Assembly: GCA_016926735.1 (NCBI GenBank)
Contig: JAFGOA010000223.1
Span: 31,276 to 95,275, forward strand
Direction: 5' to 3'
Origin: Promethearchaeota archaeon
Lineage (GTDB): Archaea > Asgardarchaeota > Lokiarchaeia > Sigyniarchaeales > SOKP01
DNA: 64,000 nucleotides
Part shown: piece after piece, positions 1-9,430 of the stretch
Layout of the letters: each line of letters starts with the position of its first letter
How positions within the stretch are numbered: position 1 is the first letter of the stretch
Made by a program: the position numbers and the translations under genes
The notes under the pieces: generated by a model
Databases searched by the model: none
The model's input: only the letters and a program-made list of their open reading frames with translations
What the model was told of the DNA's origin: nothing

Positions 1-22
1 ATTTCTCCAAGACCCAAATAAA

Positions 23-556
23 ATGTTCCAATCAAAAGAATTTCAACATATGTTTAAAAAAGTATATGAAAAATTAATGGAAAATCTCCCTCCTGAATTT
101 AAAAATATTTCTCCAGAAAATTTTCAAAAAGAATTTATGAAAAATAAAGGTAAGTTTAAGCGTGGACCTTTTATGTATGGATTCAATGTTAATTTTGATG
201 CTGAGGGTAAACCAACTTTTGATTCTTTTGGAAATATAAAACCTGAAGTTCATGGACGTCCTAAAGTAGAAGATGTAAGAGAACCTCTTATTGAAATTAC
301 AGAAGAAGATGATATGATAATCGTTATTGCAGAAATGCCAGGTGTCTTAAAAGAAGATATTGAATTAAAATCAAAAACGAAGAGCTTGACAATCTCAACA
401 AAAAATCAGAATGTTACTGGTCATAGCTACTATAAGGAAATAGATTTACCATCATCTATCAATACCGATTATGCAAAAGCAAGATATCAAAATGGTATTT
501 TAGAGATAAAATTAAAAAAAATAGATGAAAAACATACAAATATTAAAATTGAATAA
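23..556 (+). CDS. small heat-shock protein, Hsp20/alpha-crystallin family
   Basis: 177-aa ORF. The C-terminal half has the alpha-crystallin pattern (IIVIAEMPGV..EDIELK...YYKEIDLP...AKARYQNGILEIKLKK). Confidence 0.85.
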   Translation: MFQSKEFQHMFKKVYEKLMENLPPEFKNISPENFQKEFMKNKGKFKRGPFMYGFNVNFDAEGKPTFDSFGNIKPEVHGRPKVEDVREPLIEITEEDDMIIVIAEMPGVLKEDIELKSKTKSLTISTKNQNVTGHSYYKEIDLPSSINTDYAKARYQNGILEIKLKKIDEKHTNIKIE

Positions 557-574
557 CTGAATTACTTATTACTT

Positions 575-997
575 TTACCTATATAAATCTTTACTGCGAT
601 CCTCAGTAGATTTTTGGTTTTTCTCAATATTTTCTAATATTTTTGCTCCCTGATCCGATTTTCTTAAGACTATTTTAGCTAGTGCATTTTGACGTTCTCT
701 TATCTCAGCTAAAGAGTTAGCTATATGATTCATTACTTGAAATTGGAGATCACACATTAAAATTTTCTCTTCTTCTCCACATTCATCACAGTGTTCAGAA
801 CAATTCCTCCAATCTTCAAAAAGAAAGTCAATATTAACATCATGAGGATTAATCATACTCTTCTCACATTCCTCACAATTTTTTTCTGCTCGGATATTTA
901 AATCTTCTATAATCTTATAGAGTGATTTTACATAACTCCATTTGCTTGATTCTTTTAAAGTTTCAAATTCTTTTTCGGTTAAAAATTTTTGACTCAT
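575..997 (-). CDS. hypothetical Cys-rich protein (CxxC pairs, possible metal binding)
   Basis: 140-aa ORF with CEECEKS and CSEHCDECG motifs. No family recognised. Confidence 0.45.
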   Translation of the reverse strand: MSQKFLTEKEFETLKESSKWSYVKSLYKIIEDLNIRAEKNCEECEKSMINPHDVNIDFLFEDWRNCSEHCDECGEEEKILMCDLQFQVMNHIANSLAEIRERQNALAKIVLRKSDQGAKILENIEKNQKSTEDRSKDLYR

Positions 998-1519
998 TTT
1001 TTACTACCCTCTAAATTAAAAAATTGATTTATATCAGTTAAAATATATTTCCTTATTTAAATATGACTTTTATAAGTGAATATTATTTTAAAATCTATCT
1101 TAATTAAATAGTTGTGAACGATTTAGATAGATTCCATAAGAATAGTAGATTAGATATTCATTCATAATTAACTTTGGGTTAATGCTAATAACTCTATAAA
1201 CAGAATTTGATTTATAATAAGTCTATCCTGTTCTGTTATTTGGTCATTTGAGATAAGAATATCATTAATATAAATATCCTCTCTAGATTGATGTTCCTTT
1301 ACCATTTCTAACAAAGTAAGCTTTCACTCTTTTTGAATTCTATATTTAATAATATTAGGGTGCTTTTTAAGATTTTCATTTTTATAACTCGATAAAAATG
1401 AAAATAATTTATAAGCAAAATTTTTTTCTTTGAAAGATCTTTATTTTTTTTATATATAAAAATTAATATTAACAGAGTAAGACCTAACAAAATTTTACAG
1501 ATTTCTTCTATCTAAATTG

Positions 1520-1957
1520 CTAAAAAAGGTCTAATAATTCTTTTATCTTTTCATTTTCACTACTTTCCAGAAGTTTTTTTGAAAGTATTTTTTTATTTTC
1601 AAAATATAATTCTAGTCTTTCTGACATTGTTAAATTTGGATATAGGGTTTCTAATACGATATCTCTCTTTGAACATCCTCTACGCCTCATACAGCAATAT
1701 GAAAGAGAACCAAAACATACTAAATCTGAATTCCAATTATTTTGATTGGAAAATTCTTCCTTTATCATTATATATTTCTCTATTGATAAACAAATTTCCG
1801 CTAATCGTTCATCTCTTTTACATTTATCTCCAGATGATAGGTAATAGCCTGGTTTACAACAAAATGTTAGCGCTCTATAATCTCCTCCGATACAAATAGG
1901 AACTGGTGCATCTTTTCCCCATCCCGGGATCTCTCTTACTTTTTTATTTATAATCAT
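1520..1957 (-). CDS. hypothetical Cys-rich protein
   Basis: 145-aa ORF with many Cys (PICIGG, FCCKPG, SYCCMRRRGC). The overlapping + strand ORF 1579..1899 is low complexity and taken as a shadow. Confidence 0.5.
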   Translation of the reverse strand: MIINKKVREIPGWGKDAPVPICIGGDYRALTFCCKPGYYLSSGDKCKRDERLAEICLSIEKYIMIKEEFSNQNNWNSDLVCFGSLSYCCMRRRGCSKRDIVLETLYPNLTMSERLELYFENKKILSKKLLESSENEKIKELLDLF

Positions 1958-2055
1958 TTTTTGAAAGTTTAAGATTTTTTTTTAGGTATTTTATTCTAAT
2001 TTGATATAATTTAAAGAGGGAAAAATAGGACCCGGAGCGGGAATTGAACCCGCGT

Positions 2056-2084
2056 TTCCTCAGCATAAGAATAATCTTAAACTT
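2056..2084 (-). other. tRNA-His intron 2 (29 nt, variable loop), BHB type
   Basis: 4-bp helix CCTT/GAGG (one T.G). 3-nt bulges AGA and AAA. 9-position inner helix AGTTTAAGA/TCTTATGCT with one T.T mismatch and loop TTAT. Excision leaves a 4-nt variable loop AGAC. Confidence 0.7.
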
Positions 2085-2114
2085 CTAAGGATTCACAGTC
2101 CCCAATACTAACCA

Positions 2115-2144
2115 TTATACAAATTACAGTAGAACTGGAATTTT
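2115..2144 (-). other. tRNA-His intron 1 (30 nt, D-loop, between nt 15 and 16), BHB type
   Basis: 4-bp helix GTAT/GTAT (2 A-U plus 2 G.U). 3-nt bulges AGA and AAT. Inner hairpin AAATT-C-CAG/CTG-T-AATTT. Excision gives the canonical D-loop AGTGGTTA. Confidence 0.75.
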
Positions 2145-2488
2145 CTATACAATCCGGGTCATAAATAACAATAATATTATCTAATTTATATTTCTAAAAA
2201 AATTTTAGCTTTTAATAAGCAATTTGATCAATGATATTATGATTTTTGTTTTAAAATAATTTAAAAAGATATAAATAAGAATTTTAGAGATTTTAGAATG
2301 TATTTAAGCTCTTGAAAAAATTAAAATTAAGGATAAGAAGTCTGGAAGATTTATTTCATTCTAAATACTAAACAATATGTTTTTAAGTTAATTATTTTAA
2401 ATATTATTAAGTCAAACTAATAAATTTTTAATTTTTATTCTGATTTAATCCTAATTAGAATATAGAAGATCTTGGAAATTTGATTGAT

Positions 2489-2899
2489 ATGGCTGAAAAG
2501 AATAATCTAGATGATATCCCTGAAAGTTATCAAAGATATCTGGATGAGATATATACAATCGCAAGTAAAAAAAGAGGTGGTTGGGTGACAAATAAAGAAA
2601 TTGCTTTAAGTTTAGGTGTTGAGCCCGCTAGTGTTTCTGGTATGTTAGAAAAATTAAAAGAAAATAATTTAATTAATTGGGAGCCAAGAAAAGCAATCCG
2701 TCTTTCAAAAAAAGGAAAAGAAATTGCTATGCAACTCAATGAAAATCATCAACTATTGCTACTCTTTTTTAAGAAAGTCTTAAAATTAAAAGATAATCTT
2801 ACGATTGATGCCTTAGCTTGCCAAATTGAGCATCATATTTCACAAGATGTTAAAGAATCATTAAAGATATTTTTGGATAAATATTTAAATCAAAATTAA
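2489..2899 (+). CDS. DtxR/MntR-family metal-dependent transcriptional repressor
   Basis: N-terminal winged HTH (TNKEIALSLGVEPASVSGMLEKLKENNLI) followed by a dimerisation helix region. ATG at 2489 is preferred over the TTG at 2480 in the ORF track. Confidence 0.8.
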   Translation: MAEKNNLDDIPESYQRYLDEIYTIASKKRGGWVTNKEIALSLGVEPASVSGMLEKLKENNLINWEPRKAIRLSKKGKEIAMQLNENHQLLLLFFKKVLKLKDNLTIDALACQIEHHISQDVKESLKIFLDKYLNQN

Positions 2900-2948
2900 T
2901 TAATTGAATAAATTTTTAAAAAGAAACCATTAGAATTCTGAGAAAAAC

Positions 2949-3707
2949 ATGTCAGATAATTTAAATAAAAAAATAATGTTAATCGAGACATATTTTAAAG
3001 ATTTTTCCACTTTTATTGAATTAAAAAATTTTAGAGATTTCCTATTATTCACTCTTAACAGTCAAGCATCAGCGAATATACTTGCTCAATTAGGAATAGG
3101 TGGTTCTAAGGATATAATCAATATTCCATATAATCCTATTTCTGAAATTTATTATCAAAAAATCAGTTTGATTTCATCAGGCTCTCTAATCTTATATATA
3201 AAAAGCAAATCGTTATTTGATGAATTTGTTATTAAAAAAGAAAATCCCCAATTTAAAGAATACTTAAGTTCAAATGAGATGGAATTGGCATTCAGAGGAA
3301 AAGAGAAATTTTTAATTCCTAAAGTATGTGATTGCTCTAATTTAGAAAAAGAAAATGAATCACTTATACTAAAAATTGATGACCTCTACTACGATCTAGA
3401 AAGTTTTATGGCAGTTGTAGAACCTAACATTTTATTTGTATTAGATTCTAAAAAACAATCTGATCCTGATTTACTTTTCGCTTTTAATTTAATGCCAGAA
3501 ATGCCCGGAAGATCCGATAAAAATATTCTTAAAATAGATGTATATCTTGATCCTGAACATAAAACTAAAGATATAAACTATATTAAAAAAAAAGAAGATT
3601 TTAATCTTATTTTCTTAAAGAATATCAAAGATATAAGTCATTCAGATATTTTTAAATCAGCATTTTCATTAGTTCTGCATATTAAATCATTTGATCGTCC
3701 CTATTAA
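2949..3707 (+). CDS. hypothetical protein
   Basis: 252-aa ORF, non-repetitive, no recognisable motif. Confidence 0.45.
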   Translation: MSDNLNKKIMLIETYFKDFSTFIELKNFRDFLLFTLNSQASANILAQLGIGGSKDIINIPYNPISEIYYQKISLISSGSLILYIKSKSLFDEFVIKKENPQFKEYLSSNEMELAFRGKEKFLIPKVCDCSNLEKENESLILKIDDLYYDLESFMAVVEPNILFVLDSKKQSDPDLLFAFNLMPEMPGRSDKNILKIDVYLDPEHKTKDINYIKKKEDFNLIFLKNIKDISHSDIFKSAFSLVLHIKSFDRPY

Positions 3708-3927
3708 CTATAAATTTCTCTTACTTTCTTTTTTATAATATTTAATTAAAATAATTATTATTCTTAGAAAAAATAGAGTTATTAATTATTAAATTCTCTT
3801 TTTAAATCTACTTATTCGTCTAACATCAATGGATTAACAAATCAAAGGATTAATATCTTTGATTTAAATATAATCCGACAAAATATAATAAATATAAAGT
3901 GAATTAATTTCCTAATTGAGAGTAAGA

Positions 3928-4140
3928 ATGCAAATAATAACGATAAATTTACCTGAGAAATATTTGGAAGCCATCCAAATATTAAATGATTATAAAATCT
4001 ATCCTTCAAGAAGTGAAGCTATTAGAATTGCTTTAGAAAGATTCTTAACAAATGAACTTAAAATGGATAAGGAACTTGAAGAAGATAATTTTAAAATGCT
4101 TACAAAAGGCAGAATTAATAAAAAAAAAATAAAAAGATAA
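3928..4140 (+). CDS. ribbon-helix-helix (CopG/Arc-like) DNA-binding protein
   Basis: MQIITINLPEKYLEAIQIL...SRSEAIRIALERFL is a typical RHH beta-alpha-alpha pattern. ATG at 3928 is in the frame of ORF 3916..4140. Confidence 0.6.
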   Translation: MQIITINLPEKYLEAIQILNDYKIYPSRSEAIRIALERFLTNELKMDKELEEDNFKMLTKGRINKKKIKR

Positions 4141-4158
4141 ATATTCTGCTTCTCTTGC

Positions 4159-4170
4159 TTTTTTTTTTTT
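4159..4170 (+). terminator. oligo-T archaeal-type terminator after the RHH gene
   Basis: Run of 12 T starting 19 nt after the stop codon. Confidence 0.45.
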
Positions 4171-4277
4171 CTAAAATACAAATTAAAAAAATACATGATT
4201 TTTATTTGATTAGAAGATTTTTTTAATTTTTTTTGACACATACAATTATAAGAAGTTACTAAATTTGTGAAATTACA

Positions 4278-5327
4278 ATGAAAGTCGCAAAATACTATAA
4301 TAATAAAGATGTAAGAATAGAGCAAATTTCAAAACCTACTATTAATCCAGATGAATTTTTAGTAAAAATAAGAAAATCTGGTATTTGTGGTTCTGATATT
4401 CTTGAATATTATCGTTTTGCAAAAATGAAGAAACTTGGTGTAGATAATCTTATATTAGGGCATGAAATAGCTGGGGATATTGTAGAAATTGGAAATAACG
4501 TAAAAGAATTTAAGATTGGAGATCGAGTATTCGTATCTCATCATGTACCATGTTTTAATTGTCATTTTTGTAAACAAGGTCATCATACAGCATGTCATTT
4601 ATTGCATAATACAAACTTTGACCCTGGTGGATTCTCAGAGTATGTTAGAATTCCTTCTATTAATATTGAGAAAAAAGGTGTATATGTCTTTAATGAAAGT
4701 ATGTCGTATGAAGATGGTGTTATGTTGGAACCATTAGCTTGTGTATGCAGAGCTCAGAGACTTGCAAATATAAAAGAGGGACAGACTATTTTGATTCTAG
4801 GAAGTGGTGTATCTGGTATACTGCATCTTAAATTAGCAAAAATGAAAGGAGCAGCTAAAGTAATAATGACAGATATTAGTGAGAATCGATTAAAACAAGC
4901 TCAGAAATATGGCGCTAATGAAATAATTAATGCTAATGAAGATATATTCTCTATTATAAAAAATCTTAATGAAGATCGAATGCCCGATTCTATAATAGTA
5001 TGTACAGGAGCACTAACAGCCGCTAATCAAGCGCTTAAATGTGTCGGAGCAGGATCCACCATCTTATTTTTTGCCGTACCAAAACCGGGTATAAACCTTG
5101 ACATCCCAATTAATGATTATTGGAGAAATGAAGTGATCATTATGACCTCCTATGGTGCAGCGCCCCCAGATTTGGATGAAGCATATGAATTAATTTCAAA
5201 TAAAAAAATAAATGTCAGTGATATTATTTCACATCGTTTTCCTTTAAATAAAGTTCAAGAAGCATTTAATATGGTATGTAATGCCGATAATTCATTAAAA
5301 GTGATTATAGATTTTGATATGAAATAA
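4278..5327 (+). CDS. zinc-dependent alcohol/polyol dehydrogenase (MDR superfamily, threonine/sorbitol dehydrogenase-like)
   Basis: GICGSD, GHEIAGDIVEIG, structural-zinc Cys cluster (CFNCHFCKQGHHTAC) and Rossmann GSGVSG. Confidence 0.85.
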   Translation: MKVAKYYNNKDVRIEQISKPTINPDEFLVKIRKSGICGSDILEYYRFAKMKKLGVDNLILGHEIAGDIVEIGNNVKEFKIGDRVFVSHHVPCFNCHFCKQGHHTACHLLHNTNFDPGGFSEYVRIPSINIEKKGVYVFNESMSYEDGVMLEPLACVCRAQRLANIKEGQTILILGSGVSGILHLKLAKMKGAAKVIMTDISENRLKQAQKYGANEIINANEDIFSIIKNLNEDRMPDSIIVCTGALTAANQALKCVGAGSTILFFAVPKPGINLDIPINDYWRNEVIIMTSYGAAPPDLDEAYELISNKKINVSDIISHRFPLNKVQEAFNMVCNADNSLKVIIDFDMK

Positions 5328-5417
5328 TTGAAATTTTTATAGTTTTACCCTTTTTTATTTTTGAGAGAAATACTTCTTTTTCAAAAACTAATTAGGTTAT
5401 CAAAATTACTAAAAGTG

Positions 5418-6695
5418 TTAAGAAATACTAACCGATTCTAATAAAAATTGTTTATACGAAGTTTGGAACATGTCCCTTATTCGCACAGGCTGAAACCAGT
5501 AGCCTCTATCGGATAGATCTTGAATAAAACCATCTCCGACTACTTTTCTGAGAATATTTAACGCTCCATTTACATCAGCATTAAGAATGTAATTCGAGCC
5601 TTTAAATATTCCCCGTTTTATCCTTTTACCAACATAATGTTGATGTTTCTGTATTGGTTCTAAATCTAATGAACTACATTTTGACGTGTAGGATTCATTG
5701 ACATCATGAACTTTAATTCCTACAAGGCGAGCTTTATAAGTTATCATTTGTTTAAGCTTTTGAATGGGGATATTCAAAAAATTTTGGTTATTTCGTTTGC
5801 CCATTCGAATATTTTGTTTTATATTATCTAATTTACCCAAACAAATGTGTCCTATCTGTTTTTCCAAACAATAACCGACAATGAATTGAGCTGTTTTATG
5901 CAAATAATCCTTTACAATTGAGTTTCTCCTTATTGTAATCTTATCGAGTCTATCAGTCCACTTTAGTTCTTGTTTATCCTTAATAGAAAAAAATCTTGCT
6001 TTCTGTTTATTCCATTGCCGATTAATTGATTTTAGAATTCTCCCTGAAATAATAATTGGTTTAGTATTCATATTCTCTGCTGTAGTGATTAAATTATTCA
6101 ATCCAAAATCGATTGATAAATATCTCGTGGTATCTAATTTTGACGTTTCTATTTCTTTTTTATATATTATTTCAATTTCATAAAATCCTTTTCGTGGCAA
6201 AATCCTTATCTGTTGATACTCTCCAAAACGCTTGTTTTTATACGTAGGAATTTTAATTTCAATAGGGTTTTCAAACTCAGGAAATAGTTCTTTAAAAAGG
6301 TGAGACATTGTAAGAACGATTTTATCCTGTTTAATCTTGCTATTCTGGTTAGTAAATATCAAAATGTTGTTACAACCTTTCTTGTATTTAGGTGGTCTCG
6401 GTCTTCCATTGAATCTTTTCCTATCTTTTTTCCACTCCTTTATAGCATTGAAGAAACTTTTCCAGTTTTTATCCAAGACTTTAAGAATTTGTTGAGAGGT
6501 TTGAGCTTTTAACAATTTATATTGGCTATATTTTTTCATTATGAAATCTAAATCGTTATATCGAAGCCAATTCTCTAGATGAAAGAAATCCTGTCGAATA
6601 TACCAATTAGCTTGATTATAAAGCTTCTTAGAAATTGAACAGAGCACATCTAAATGCTCAGTTCTCAGAGTCCTGAATTTATATACTAATTTCAT
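5418..6695 (-). CDS. tnpB: TnpB / OrfB_IS605-family protein (RNA-guided nuclease family), no tnpA partner
   Basis: 425 aa. RuvC-I-like SIDFGLNN. C-terminal YTSK...NADVNGALNILRK is typical of TnpB. The expected RuvC-II Glu and the CxxC..CxxC zinc finger are not evident (see findings). Confidence 0.8.
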   Translation of the reverse strand: MKLVYKFRTLRTEHLDVLCSISKKLYNQANWYIRQDFFHLENWLRYNDLDFIMKKYSQYKLLKAQTSQQILKVLDKNWKSFFNAIKEWKKDRKRFNGRPRPPKYKKGCNNILIFTNQNSKIKQDKIVLTMSHLFKELFPEFENPIEIKIPTYKNKRFGEYQQIRILPRKGFYEIEIIYKKEIETSKLDTTRYLSIDFGLNNLITTAENMNTKPIIISGRILKSINRQWNKQKARFFSIKDKQELKWTDRLDKITIRRNSIVKDYLHKTAQFIVGYCLEKQIGHICLGKLDNIKQNIRMGKRNNQNFLNIPIQKLKQMITYKARLVGIKVHDVNESYTSKCSSLDLEPIQKHQHYVGKRIKRGIFKGSNYILNADVNGALNILRKVVGDGFIQDLSDRGYWFQPVRIRDMFQTSYKQFLLESVSIS

Positions 6696-7503
6696 CCTGA
6701 AATTCCTCTTTCTTTTTTGTTACAAACTCTTTTCTTCTCCTTGAATTAATTGACATAGCATAACAATTAAACTCTTAACAGATTTAAGACTTCATAAGCT
6801 TTCATATTATTAAATGAATAATTCTTAATAAAAAAGGTAAGTGAGTCTTATGATTTTTAATAAAAATGGGGATGATATTATCTCAACTACTTATTGGAAT
6901 TTTATAAAAATCTATAATTATTTATAATAGTTAAAAATTCATTACACTTTTGGGATTTAAATGGATATTTAGATAGAAATACTCAAGCATTTATCTTCCG
7001 TAACCCTAATTATTATACTGAAATAAAAGAAATTATGAATAGTGATTGGATACATAGATTATTCAATCAGGCTCTCGATAATTTATAACAATTTAAAAAT
7101 TCTATTTCTTTTCTAAAAACACATAGTTTTGAAAAATTATTTTTATTTCAAAATACGATATATTTATCCAATTATATATGTATAGATTAACATAACTTGA
7201 AGATACTTCAAATAATTTAATATTTTTGTTTTCTTTAGGAAAAAAAAATTTTCCCTAATATTTTAGGATGGTAAATTTTCAAACGAGCTTTTTTTTGTTT
7301 TTTACTACATCCTAAGAGTATATGATTTTATAAATACAAAATCTATAGAATAATCTCAAATAAAAAAAAAAAATTGAGAAAATAATGTAAGAAAATTGTA
7401 CTATATAATGAAGGGATTTGATATCTATACAAAATAGATTTTAATGAAAAGGAGATTAATAAGAGAAAATTTTAGGTAAAATTTTAATATAAGGTGAATA
7501 AAA

Positions 7504-8595
7504 ATGAAAAAAATACGATATCCTACTGAAAATGAAAAAGAAGGGATTACTAAGCTAGAAAATTTGATTAAAAATTATCCATTTCATTTTTTGAAGGTTT
7601 ATAACGAATTTAAACAAGATCAAGAATTCCCTATGCTTCAAATAATTATTTCTTGTAAGATGAAAGGATTTTCTATTCCCTCTTCAAATAATTATATGCG
7701 AAATATAATGCGATATAGAGGATTAAATACAGATGATATCAATCGATTTGAAAATTTAGTTATTAATCATCTAAATTCTTTAATAGAGGAAATAGGATAT
7801 ACAGAAACTAAAGAATATTTAGAAATGAATAATTCATTTAAAGAACTTAATGTGTGGATTGAAGAAATGTATAAAAGATTAAGTTATTTTGATAATGATG
7901 GTGGGTGGAATAAAGTTGGAGTGGATGACTACCAAAGAATCGAAGAAATTTTAAAAAGAGAAAAAATATATAGAGGGACAGAAAACGATGTAAAGGTTAA
8001 ATTCAAACAAATTTTTGGTTTTCAAGATTTAGTTATAAGAGAAGAAACATACAAGAATCTTACTACTTCAGAAGAATTTGATGAGATTATTTCGAATATA
8101 TTAATGTTACTCGGAAAGGGATCATATAAATGCAATGGTGGAAAGGTTAGATTAATTGGATCTTCAGTAGAAGATATCGAAGAAAGTTGCATCTATTCTT
8201 CCCTTCAAAAATATCCCAGAGTATTGAAAAATATGGATCAAGCATTGGAACATAAAATTAAGAAGAAATGGAATGAAGTAGCATTGTATTGCTGTAAAGC
8301 TATTGAATATTTTTATAAAATAATATTAGGTAATAAAAAAAAATATGAAAAATTAACACTTAGATCATTAACAGAAGCAATAAGAAGAAATCAAAATAAA
8401 TTATTAAAAATTGATGATACTGTGTGGCTGGGAGTTGATAAATTATTACAATCTTGTGTTAATTTAGTTGGGACAATAAGAAATTCCAGAGACTCAGGTC
8501 ACGGAAATGATCGAGATGTTGAAAAATGGGAAAGTCAAATGGTATACAATTATACAATCGTATTATTAAGAACTCTAATACAAATTATAAAATAA
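7504..8595 (+). CDS. Abi_C/HEPN-like C-terminal domain protein (abortive-infection-like)
   Basis: The C-terminal ~110 aa resemble the Abi_C family. They include VGTIRNSRDSGHGN, an R-x(n)-H HEPN-type motif. The N-terminal 250 aa are uncharacterised. Confidence 0.55.
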   Translation: MKKIRYPTENEKEGITKLENLIKNYPFHFLKVYNEFKQDQEFPMLQIIISCKMKGFSIPSSNNYMRNIMRYRGLNTDDINRFENLVINHLNSLIEEIGYTETKEYLEMNNSFKELNVWIEEMYKRLSYFDNDGGWNKVGVDDYQRIEEILKREKIYRGTENDVKVKFKQIFGFQDLVIREETYKNLTTSEEFDEIISNILMLLGKGSYKCNGGKVRLIGSSVEDIEESCIYSSLQKYPRVLKNMDQALEHKIKKKWNEVALYCCKAIEYFYKIILGNKKKYEKLTLRSLTEAIRRNQNKLLKIDDTVWLGVDKLLQSCVNLVGTIRNSRDSGHGNDRDVEKWESQMVYNYTIVLLRTLIQIIK

Positions 8596-8712
8596 TTGAA
8601 TTTCAACAATAAGTTTTGGAGTTTTATAAAAAATTACCAATTTTTATAAATAATTTAAAGGTTATAAATAATTACTAATCTATAATTTTTTAAATCTTTA
8701 AAAAAGATAAAA

Positions 8713-9138
8713 ATGAGCGAACAATGGAAACATGCTGATTTAGCCTCTCTTATTGGAAAATTAGCATGGATTATTGGTGTTATTTGTGGTGTGATTCAAT
8801 TAATTATTGGAATTGCATATGGATCTTTCACCTTATTAGGTACTCTCTATATTGTTCCAATAAATATATTTTGGGCGATTGGCGGTGTGATTATTATAAT
8901 AATATCCCTTTTAATTATTAAACCCCAATTTTCAGATAAATGTGCAAATAAGGAATGGGACGCACTATATGATTGGGCATTAGATCTTGGAGGAACTAAA
9001 ATATGGTGGATGTTAATTTGGATTGTTGTATTTATTATTTTTGGCTGGGGATATAGTGCTGGTCCAATTATAATAGTCTTTCTTCTTCTTTTCCTTGCTG
9101 GTCCAGAGAATACTAAATGGGACAAAAATAAAAAATAA
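8713..9138 (+). CDS. small integral membrane protein (about 4 TM helices)
   Basis: 141 aa with four hydrophobic stretches. Sits directly downstream of the Abi_C-like gene. Confidence 0.55.
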   Translation: MSEQWKHADLASLIGKLAWIIGVICGVIQLIIGIAYGSFTLLGTLYIVPINIFWAIGGVIIIIISLLIIKPQFSDKCANKEWDALYDWALDLGGTKIWWMLIWIVVFIIFGWGYSAGPIIIVFLLLFLAGPENTKWDKNKK

Positions 9139-9283
9139 TTATTTTTTTTTCTTTTTCTGCTAATCTTGAAAATATGTTAAAAATAAAAATTATTTTATTA
9201 AATTATCTAAAAGTATTACCTATGATTAAAAAAAAGCACGTATAATCATTAAAAATTAAAAAAGAAATTAAAAAAAAGAGATG

Positions 9284-9414
9284 TTATAGTCCTTTAGGGC
9301 CATTTTCATATATTTTATATGCTTCATCAACAGATGTATTATCATGAACAATTGCTCTTACAGCTTTGATCATACCAATAGGACTATCACTTTGAAAAAT
9401 ATTTCTTTCCATAT
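9284..9414 (-). pseudogene. orphan second copy of the aldolase last exon (no upstream exons)
   Basis: Gap-free alignment with 10764..10894; I count 20 mismatches over the 129 nt from ATG to stop. It encodes [42 protein letters not shown], with the conserved GRN glycine changed to Glu. Confidence 0.75.
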
Positions 9415-9430
9415 ATTCAATTACGATATT

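Larger units (their letters stand above)
2029..2160 (-). tRNA. tRNA-His (anticodon GUG) with genomically encoded G-1, interrupted by two non-canonical BHB introns; CCA not encoded
   Basis: The minus strand reads G(-1) then ACCCGGA, pairing with TCCGGGT, followed by discriminator C (G-1:C73 is the tRNA-His hallmark). T-arm is GCGGG-TTCAATT-CCCGC. Anticodon arm is GGGGA-CTGTGAA-TCCTT. The locus is 132 nt; removing 30 nt and 29 nt leaves a 73-nt cloverleaf with D-arm GTAT-AGTGGTTA-GTAT. Confidence 0.8.

Noticed and set aside
1308-1490. 60-61-aa ORFs at 1308..1490 and 16717..16902
   Set aside because: Low-complexity sequence in promoter or intergenic DNA, with no supporting signal.
2029-2160. 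Alternative tRNA intron boundaries: the TTGTATA direct repeat as the splice point, or folds giving 18-, 21- or 25-nt introns
   Set aside because: Those alternative folds give mature molecules with a disrupted D-arm or an 8-12-nt variable loop. The repeat-based cut also removes 30 nt, but the BHB cut gives the more canonical D-loop AGTGGTTA. The exact cut within the bulge is not resolvable from DNA alone.
6918-7088. 57-codon open frame without a start codon (…FWDLNGYLDRNTQAFIFRNPNYYTEIKEIMNSDWIHRLFNQALDNL*) in the 800-bp gap upstream of the Abi_C-like gene
   Set aside because: It looks protein-like and may be a gene remnant, but it has no start, no recognisable family and no partner fragment. 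The support is too weak to call.
7263-7315. Inverted repeat TTAGGATG...CATCCTAA with a T-rich loop
   Set aside because: A single hairpin in AT-rich intergenic DNA. It could be a terminator or nothing, and there is no second copy or conserved motif.
9413-9430. Alternative BHB splicing from aldolase exon 2 directly to the distal exon copy
   Set aside because: The sequence upstream of the distal copy (…ATCGTAATTGAAT|AT) offers no segment complementary to the exon-2 GCGT helix strand and no 3-nt bulge arrangement.
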